Source of the DNA: an uncultured cyanobacterium | GTDB lineage: Bacteria; Cyanobacteriota; Cyanobacteriia; Cyanobacteriales; CAWUOF01 | Direction of reading: 5' to 3' | Assembly: GCA_963744145.1 (NCBI GenBank) | Contig: CAVUSO010000001.1 | Location: forward strand, 2,062,831 to 2,126,830 | Length of the DNA stretch: 64,000 nt | Shown here: one piece after another, positions 57,531-64,000 of the stretch | Layout of the letters: each line of letters begins with the position of its first letter | Numbering within the stretch: the stretch's first letter is position 1 | Made by a program: the position numbers and the translations under genes | The notes under the pieces: generated by a model | Database searches by the model: none | What the model was told of the DNA's origin: nothing | Seen by the model: the letters and a program-made list of their open reading frames with translations, nothing else

Positions 57531-59366
57531 CTAATTTTTTGGTTCGTGAGTACCAATTAAATAACCATCCGGAGCATAAGTTTCTAGAGGTAACTGAGCA
57601 TTATCGCTAATGGTTTCAAGCGCATCTTCTAAAGAACGCAAATGTTCGATGATGCCAGCACGAGTTTTGATATCATCAGTTGCACCTAAAGTAGAAATCG
57701 TTTCCTTATAATCAGAAGTAATCCGCACTTTGATTTTATCTCGACTGGCAATAAAAGAACAAATCGTGGGCGAACCAGAACAAATTTGGCTTAAATCATG
57801 ATTGGTTTGCTGTAAAATATTCGCCCATTTCAAACTATTTTCAGCTTGCTTTAACGCATCTGTATAGGAAACTATTAACTGTTGAGCTTGATGATAATAA
57901 AAAGTTTCAGAAGGAATTTGCTGGGCATAAATTAAAGCTCGGTTCCAATTCGCGATCGCTTTATTCCATTGATTATCTTGTTCCCAATTTTTGGCAAGGA
58001 AAGCAAAGTTGACTGATTGAGTATAATTAGTGATCGCTAATTTTTCTTGATTATGGCGATCGCGAGCTTTAATTAATTTAGCTTGGTAAGGGGTTAATAA
58101 TTCTTGCGCTTCAGTAAACCCCATCGTTCCCGGAGGGATGGCTTTAAGTAAATCTACAGCTTTTTGCCAGGTTGATTCGACCGATTGCCAATTTTCTCTC
58201 GATACGGCAATTCCTTGAGCTGCTTCGGCACCATGAGCGGTTGATTGAGCTAGACTTAGTTGTTTTTGTGATTGTTCTTCTGCTCGTAAACGTGAATTGA
58301 CCGTCTTGAGATTAATGCGATACTCCTGTAATTTTTGTTGAGCGAGTGGATATAAATTATTACTAGAGGGAATTTTTTCGAGTTTATCGATCGCTTCTTG
58401 CCATAATATTTGCAAATCTGACCACATCTGCAAGGAATGGGGTACATTTTCACCTGCTTGAACTGCGGCTCCAACCAAGCGTCCGGCAGTGACTAATTGT
58501 TCCAGAGTAGTCAGTTGGGTTTGATCGGTAGCTAATAATTTTTGGGCAGAGGAATAGTAACTAGACCAGAAGGGGATCGGTCTTAACATCGCTGTTGCGA
58601 CTGCTAATTGCTGTGTAGCTTTGACTAACCCTTCCTGGGATTTATCTAACTCAATCGTTTTCGCTGACTCCTGACTTAAGACTTGCGCTGTATCGATCGC
58701 ATTACACTTACCCACCACACAGGGACGATTGAATAGGTAAATTAGTCCTAGGGTAATTAAGAAACCAAGACTAGCTCCAGCTAACACAGCAATTGCGGGT
58801 GTAACTACAAAAGAATCCTGGCTAATTTCTGCGGGATCTTCTTCAGTAATTACGGTTTCGCTACTAGCATCTGGTAAAGTAACTATCTCTGGGTTAACTT
58901 CTGAGATGGGCTGTTGGGGTTCTAGCAGCGTTGCTGGTTCCCTTGGTTCTGGTTCTTGATCGTCAGTTGCTAATTGAGCCAATTCCGTGATGCTGTTCAA
59001 ACTTGCTGGACTCTGAGCAATCGAGTCCAACCTCACATTAGACTCAGTTGGTGGAGACCAAGGTTGAGGTTTAAAAGTAAAAGTATGAAAAGAATAAGGT
59101 TGTTTTTGTCCCGTAACTCGCAAATAGAGTCGGACTTGCTGGGTCAATTCGATCGCTTGAGTTAAGATTGCTTGTTGCAAAGTAGCAAAGGTTTGTTGTT
59201 GATCGGGTGCTACTTCTGCTGGATGTTGAGCAAGAACCATCAAAGTTCCTTTCTTCAGGACACACTGAATCTGAATTGGAACATAATGAGATAATTCTGC
59301 GAGTAAACGCTCTTGTAAAAATTGCCCTAAAGCTTGTAGCTCATTTTGCTTTACTGCTGTTTTCAT
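57531..59366 (-). CDS. Hypothetical bitopic membrane protein (611 aa; ~190-aa cytoplasmic N-domain, 1 TM, ~390-aa helical periplasmic domain)
   Basis: Long clean ORF with a single TM (AIAVLAGASLGFLITLGLIYLF). The C-terminal domain is helical and TPR-like. Confidence 0.45.
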   Translation of the reverse strand: MKTAVKQNELQALGQFLQERLLAELSHYVPIQIQCVLKKGTLMVLAQHPAEVAPDQQQTFATLQQAILTQAIELTQQVRLYLRVTGQKQPYSFHTFTFKPQPWSPPTESNVRLDSIAQSPASLNSITELAQLATDDQEPEPREPATLLEPQQPISEVNPEIVTLPDASSETVITEEDPAEISQDSFVVTPAIAVLAGASLGFLITLGLIYLFNRPCVVGKCNAIDTAQVLSQESAKTIELDKSQEGLVKATQQLAVATAMLRPIPFWSSYYSSAQKLLATDQTQLTTLEQLVTAGRLVGAAVQAGENVPHSLQMWSDLQILWQEAIDKLEKIPSSNNLYPLAQQKLQEYRINLKTVNSRLRAEEQSQKQLSLAQSTAHGAEAAQGIAVSRENWQSVESTWQKAVDLLKAIPPGTMGFTEAQELLTPYQAKLIKARDRHNQEKLAITNYTQSVNFAFLAKNWEQDNQWNKAIANWNRALIYAQQIPSETFYYHQAQQLIVSYTDALKQAENSLKWANILQQTNHDLSQICSGSPTICSFIASRDKIKVRITSDYKETISTLGATDDIKTRAGIIEHLRSLEDALETISDNAQLPLETYAPDGYLIGTHEPKN

Positions 59367-59591
59367 GGGACTATACTAATTAATGAATTTTTGCTGATCG
59401 TGAATCAGGTTTTAGACCATCATGTCAGTGTTGAGATTTTTCTGAATGATATGGCTAAAGTAAAGTAAGTACAAGTCTTGATTAGTTGATTTATTGATAA
59501 TTTTGGCCAAGTTGATGTTTTCATCAATGAGGCGAGGCGACCAGTAAGTGGGCCAATACCAAATTAAGCATGAAAAATTACAGGGAAAAAA

Positions 59592-60860
59592 ATGGATTTA
59601 TTAGAATATCAAGCCAAAGAATTATTTCAGGAAAAGGGGATTCCCATCCTACCATCTCAAAGGATTGACCATCCAAGAGACTTAAAAAACTTAAAAATTC
59701 CCTATCCGGTGGTACTGAAGTCTCAAGTCCACGCGGGTGGACGTGGGAGAGCTGGAGGAATTAAGTTTGTCCAAAATACCATCGATGCGATCGCAGCTGC
59801 CCAAAAAATTTTTAGTTTGTCCATTATGGATGAATATCCCCAAGTTCTGTTAGCAGAAGCTAAGTATAATACTGACCAAGAATTTTATCTAGCTGTGGTT
59901 CTTAATGCTAGCGCCAAAAGACCTGTACTTTTAGGTTCCCAACAGGGTGGAATGGAAACCGAAGCATTGAACAATCCTGCTCAAATGGTAGTGGTAGATC
60001 AAGAATTTACTCCTTTTTATGCGCGACGTTTGGCCCTAAAGATGGGCTTAAAAGGGGCATTAATTCAGTCGGTGAGTGGAATTGTTGAGAAAATGTATCA
60101 ACTATTTATTGAACAAGATTTGGATCTAGTAGAAATTAATCCCCTAGGAATTAGTCCAACGGGTGAAGTAATGGCTTTAGATGGTAAAGTAACAGCTAAT
60201 GATTATGCCCTAGGACGTTACCCAAATTTAGCAGCACTAAGGACTAAAAATGGACTTAAGATTTCGGAAAAACATGGGGAGATCAAAATAGAAAAATATT
60301 TCAGAAATGCTAATTTTGGCGAATTAGAAGGTAATATTGGGATAATTTGTAATGGTACAGGATTAGTAATGGCTACGTTAGATTTAGTTTATCAAGCTGG
60401 AGGTAAACCAGCCAGTTTTGTGAATATAGGTGGTCATCCTGATTATCAGACCTGGACTCCGGACTTGACAGAATCCATTGAACAAGGCTTGGAGCTAATT
60501 ACTCAAAATAAAAATGTTAAAGTTGTGCTAGTAAATCTTATAGGTAGTGCTACTACTAGTGACGAAATTGCGGAAACTATTGTTGCCTATGTACAACGTA
60601 AAAATCGTCCAAATAGTAATTCTCCCCTGCGCGATCCTTTGCTCCGTAATAATCCCAATGATTTAGCAAATATTGATATCAATTTAGGTTCATCTGTACC
60701 GTTAAGTTATCGTAAAAATCGTTTTCCTAGTTTGATTGTACGTTTGATTGGTAAAAATATCGAGAAAGCTCAAGAGCAGTTAAGTTACCTGCAAATTCCC
60801 ATGCTAGAAAATTTAGAAGATGCAGTTGCTCAAGCAGTTGCTGTAGGAGCAAAAAATTGA
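59592..60860 (+). CDS. sucC: Succinyl-CoA synthetase beta subunit (ATP-grasp), with an extended C-terminus
   Basis: MDLLEYQAKELFQEKGIPI…VVLKSQVHAGGRGRAGGIKF is the canonical SucC N-terminus. The GIICNGTGLVMATLD CoA-ligase domain is present. Confidence 0.8.
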   Translation: MDLLEYQAKELFQEKGIPILPSQRIDHPRDLKNLKIPYPVVLKSQVHAGGRGRAGGIKFVQNTIDAIAAAQKIFSLSIMDEYPQVLLAEAKYNTDQEFYLAVVLNASAKRPVLLGSQQGGMETEALNNPAQMVVVDQEFTPFYARRLALKMGLKGALIQSVSGIVEKMYQLFIEQDLDLVEINPLGISPTGEVMALDGKVTANDYALGRYPNLAALRTKNGLKISEKHGEIKIEKYFRNANFGELEGNIGIICNGTGLVMATLDLVYQAGGKPASFVNIGGHPDYQTWTPDLTESIEQGLELITQNKNVKVVLVNLIGSATTSDEIAETIVAYVQRKNRPNSNSPLRDPLLRNNPNDLANIDINLGSSVPLSYRKNRFPSLIVRLIGKNIEKAQEQLSYLQIPMLENLEDAVAQAVAVGAKN

Positions 60861-60968
60861 TTCTTCAAGGGTTAAATCAGGTAATTTTTCCCGAATAATT
60901 ATGGTATAAAAAATTTTGTACTAATAGTTAAAGCTAACATTTATCAGGGTTGTGAGGAGGATTTTGAG

Positions 60969-61871
60969 ATGAAATTAACGCCAGAAAGTCCAGTTCTGGT
61001 ACAGGGAATTACCGAAATCCAAGCTGCTAAACAGGTGGAGTTAATGACAGCTTATGGGACTAAAATAGTTGCCGGAATTAGTCCGGGGGAAGGGGGTCAA
61101 GAATTACAAGGAATTCAGATTTTTGATATGGTAGAACAGGCACTACCTGTAGTCGGTGCTGTTGATACTACGATTATCTTTGTTCCACCTTATTTAGCTT
61201 TAGATGCAGCTTTAGAAGCGATTGCCGCAGGAATTCGCCAAATTGTGCTAATTAGTGAAGGGATACCTCCCTTAGATATGGTTCACTTAATTAGAAAAGC
61301 AGAAGCAACAGAAACCATGTTGGTTGGTCCTAATTCTCCGGGCATAATCATTCCGGAAAAATTACTACTAGGGACTCATCCCACGGAAATATATACTCCG
61401 GGAAAGGTAGGAATTATTAGTCGTTGTAGCACCCTCACCTATGAAGTTGCTTTACAGTTAACTCAAGCAGGTTTAGGACAATCCATTAGTATTGGAATTG
61501 GTGGAGATGCCATAGTTGGTTCTTCTTTTGCTCAATGGTTAGAAATTTTAGATGAAGATGACAATACAGAAGTGATTGTTTTAGTTGGAGATAATAGCGG
61601 TAATAGTGAAGAAATAGCTACTCGCTACATTACCGAAGCGATCGATAAACCAGTAATTGCTTATATTGCTGGTCGTCATGCTCCTCCGGAAAAAATTCTT
61701 GGTCATGCTAATACAATTATTGCTTCCTTTAATGCAGAATTAAGCACGGAAGTAGGTCGAGTTGAAAGCAAACTTGCAGCTTTTGCCAAAGCTAAAATTC
61801 CTGTAGCCGAACGTCCGTCAGAAATTCCAGCTTTGGTGAAAAAGGCACTGAAAAAGAAAAGGCATAAATAG
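60969..61871 (+). CDS. sucD: Succinyl-CoA synthetase alpha subunit
   Basis: CoA-binding N-domain (VLVQGITEIQAAKQ…). The IISRCSTLTYE/SISIGIGGD region contains the SucD active-site His loop. Confidence 0.75.
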   Translation: MKLTPESPVLVQGITEIQAAKQVELMTAYGTKIVAGISPGEGGQELQGIQIFDMVEQALPVVGAVDTTIIFVPPYLALDAALEAIAAGIRQIVLISEGIPPLDMVHLIRKAEATETMLVGPNSPGIIIPEKLLLGTHPTEIYTPGKVGIISRCSTLTYEVALQLTQAGLGQSISIGIGGDAIVGSSFAQWLEILDEDDNTEVIVLVGDNSGNSEEIATRYITEAIDKPVIAYIAGRHAPPEKILGHANTIIASFNAELSTEVGRVESKLAAFAKAKIPVAERPSEIPALVKKALKKKRHK

Positions 61872-61965
61872 TTAGTAAATTCTTATTTATTGCCTGTTAA
61901 TAAAGCTTGGGATGCTGATTCACCCGCAATCCGAATTTTTTGGGTTAATTTAATGCTAAATAAAC

Positions 61966-63564
61966 TCAAAATTGGCAAAAACATAAAAACATGATGACCA
62001 TGAGGGTAGCTGTTGTCCATAATACTTGATTTTTTGTTTTCATCAATAGCATTATTTGAGCAATTACAGCGTAGATCAAAATTGCTATCCCTAAGGAACC
62101 CATACAAATTATGGCTTGAGTTTTATCCTGACTTTCGGTGCCAATTAAAATGTAGAATAAGGTGGGGATAATCGCGATGATCAAATTAATTGCGATCGCT
62201 AAAATTGCCGGACTTTTTTCACCCCACAACAAATCTGAGACGATCGACTGTTTCCACCACTTTTGACCAATTGATTTTTGCTGATACCTAGCCCAATCCT
62301 GTAAGCTTTGACGCTGAGGTGAGAGCATCATAATTAGCCCCAAAAACATCAGCAGATTTACAACTAAGAAAGGTAAATCGCTTAAGTGACTTCTTCCGAG
62401 GTAGAAAAATCCGAGGATGATTATTTCAAAACAAGCGACAAACAAATAACTTTGTCTTTTATTAAAAATAGTCGCTTCTGAATTGCGAAAGCAACGTAAT
62501 AATCCCAGCCAAATCCACCCAGTCCAACAAATATAATTACCTAGGATTAGACTAGCTAAAATGACAATATTCTGACCAATCGGTAAGTCAAACCATTGCC
62601 ATTCTAATAAACTTTTATAGGAAAAATATAATTCTCCTATAGAGGAAAAATGTCCTTTATCTATTTCTACTACATATTGTGAGTGAAACGCCATATATGG
62701 AATATATACCGTAGGATAAAATAAATTAAACCAGTCGGTTACCTGATGATTAATTGGCTGATTAGAGCTAGACAATGTTTGGGATGTAAATCCCAACAAA
62801 GTTAAAACTAAACCACTTCCTAACCAGGATTGAAATCCATTTAACCCAGAACTAACTAGCCCAAATAACATGGCAGCACTATAGAAAAAGAGGCAACTAG
62901 CAGCTAAAATCCCATAGAAACTGAAAATTATCCAGACTGGAATTTGGGCTGATAAACCAGCACATAGATGTAAGGGGATCGTGAGAATAATTCCCCAATA
63001 AAGTAAACTCGGAACTCCTAGTAATTTTCCCACAAAAATTTTATAGGTTGACTGGGGACTGAGTCTAATAAAATTCAGAGTTCCTCGACGTTCTTCTTGA
63101 GTAATATCGTTGATTAGTAGATAAATACCGATCGTTAATAAAGCAAACACACTAATAAAGCTCAACCACAGAAAGATATCGAACCACCAGTGAGACCACT
63201 CAATAGTGGGATGTCCATTTGTCAGTAAACATTCCCGACTGATATTAGATCCTGTTGGTGGTGGTGGTGGTGGTGGTAAATGCCGTAAATATTCCCGACT
63301 GATACTGGGTGGTGGTGCAGGCAAATTCCGAACCCTGGAAACACTGTGTGATACATAATGGAAACTTAAGTAATTATCAGGATTGCAATCATTTCCTATC
63401 AAATAGCCATATAATTTAGTCCAAAAAGATAAAATGGTGTAGATTTGACTAAATAAGGATATCCCCGTGGCGATCGCGACGGAATTCCGATTCAACCGAC
63501 CTTTAATTTCTCGGTATAACTGAGGGTTCCAGTTAGCAATTTTTTCGAGCCACAGTAGATTCAT
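61966..63564 (-). CDS. Hypothetical polytopic membrane protein with a poly-proline tract, probably frameshifted at its 3' end
   Basis: About 12 TM segments and a PPPPPPPTGS tract. After its stop, a different frame (ORF 61883..62107) encodes …MFLPILSLFSIKLTQKIRIAGESASQALL, which parallels the 63574..63843 ORF. Confidence 0.45.
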   Translation of the reverse strand: MNLLWLEKIANWNPQLYREIKGRLNRNSVAIATGISLFSQIYTILSFWTKLYGYLIGNDCNPDNYLSFHYVSHSVSRVRNLPAPPPSISREYLRHLPPPPPPPTGSNISRECLLTNGHPTIEWSHWWFDIFLWLSFISVFALLTIGIYLLINDITQEERRGTLNFIRLSPQSTYKIFVGKLLGVPSLLYWGIILTIPLHLCAGLSAQIPVWIIFSFYGILAASCLFFYSAAMLFGLVSSGLNGFQSWLGSGLVLTLLGFTSQTLSSSNQPINHQVTDWFNLFYPTVYIPYMAFHSQYVVEIDKGHFSSIGELYFSYKSLLEWQWFDLPIGQNIVILASLILGNYICWTGWIWLGLLRCFRNSEATIFNKRQSYLFVACFEIIILGFFYLGRSHLSDLPFLVVNLLMFLGLIMMLSPQRQSLQDWARYQQKSIGQKWWKQSIVSDLLWGEKSPAILAIAINLIIAIIPTLFYILIGTESQDKTQAIICMGSLGIAILIYAVIAQIMLLMKTKNQVLWTTATLMVIMFLCFCQF

Positions 63565-63573
63565 GTTATTTAC

Positions 63574-63843
63574 CTATTTTTCCATTAACAGATTTTTAGA
63601 ACCTGATTCACCTAAAATCTGAATTTGTTGAGTTAACTTCACACTCAATAAACTCAAAACACTTAACTGACCAAGCAAACATAGCAATATAGTCATTCCT
63701 CCCACCTTTGAGATTTCCACTAAAGGAAAAGCCGATAGCAACCAAACCGCAGGATATTCGTCTGGATTAACAGATAATAATGAAAAGAGCATCAGTGGTA
63801 AAAACATAATTACCATCAAGGTGATGCTTGCCCAATTTTGCAA
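63574..63843 (-). CDS. Small membrane ORF resembling the C-terminal tail of the downstream paralogue (TTG start; possibly a remnant)
   Basis: …ITLMVIMFLPLMLFS…SVKLTQQIQILGESGSKNLL mirrors the tail after the 532-aa gene. Its 3' flank (63565-63660) is similar in sequence to 61872-61990. Confidence 0.3.
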   Translation of the reverse strand: MQNWASITLMVIMFLPLMLFSLLSVNPDEYPAVWLLSAFPLVEISKVGGMTILLCLLGQLSVLSLLSVKLTQQIQILGESGSKNLLMEK

Positions 63844-64000
63844 ACTTTGGCACTGAGATTATAGAATTATAATTACACCAAAAAACAGGCATAGATGGAA
63901 AATTACTAAAGGAACATAACGAAAATAATTATTAGAGAAAGAAAGATAACCATTATCCCCATAGTAAACTATTCCCAAAGAGTAAAACACCATCACTATG

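Overview
This 64 kb window is chromosomal DNA from a cyanobacterium. The octamer GCGATCGC (HIP1) occurs every few hundred bp, the sequence is AT-rich, and the gene content is typical of cyanobacteria. Housekeeping genes identifiable from the translations are sdhA, sucC and sucD, rplI, dnaB, rtcB, type-2 NADH dehydrogenase, ribokinase, gloB, a GH13 amylase, a DegT-type aminotransferase, an ABC1/UbiB kinase and an FKBP isomerase. The window opens with the 3' part of a KirBac-type K+ channel gene. These genes are interleaved with accessory material.

Mobile and repeat content: (1) two inteins, an HNH-containing intein in RtcB and a mini-intein in DnaB at the classic cyanobacterial DnaB site. (2) At least seven toxin-antitoxin loci or remnants: HicAB, a UPF0175 antitoxin with a DUF3368 stub, two VapBC pairs, a rearranged VapB/PIN remnant, and orphan Phd and ParD antitoxins. 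(3) Five Uma2 (DUF820) nuclease-family genes. (4) Several families of hairpin-bearing short dispersed repeats and miniature inverted-repeat transposable elements (MITEs). One of these is amplified into a 3 x 183 bp tandem array, and one is inserted in frame into a coding sequence.

The strongest candidates for an undescribed system are two signalling-NTPase (STAND)-type loci. The first is a 1336-aa caspase-like (peptidase C14) - NACHT - HEAT-repeat protein lying next to HicAB (1257..5267). The second is a neighbourhood at about 24-37 kb. Its centrepiece is an HTH - TIR-like - AAA_35 NTPase gene (30409..32193, minus strand). That gene is divergently paired with two NfeD genes, an SPFH gene and an AAA_35 - coiled-coil - TM - WD40 NTPase gene. 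Three tandem secreted KWG-repeat paralogues, a coiled-coil repeat protein, a possible beta-pore-forming-like hypothetical protein and Uma2 nucleases lie alongside. I found no rRNA, tRNA or CRISPR array. All domain calls were made by eye from motifs in the translations and have not been checked against databases.
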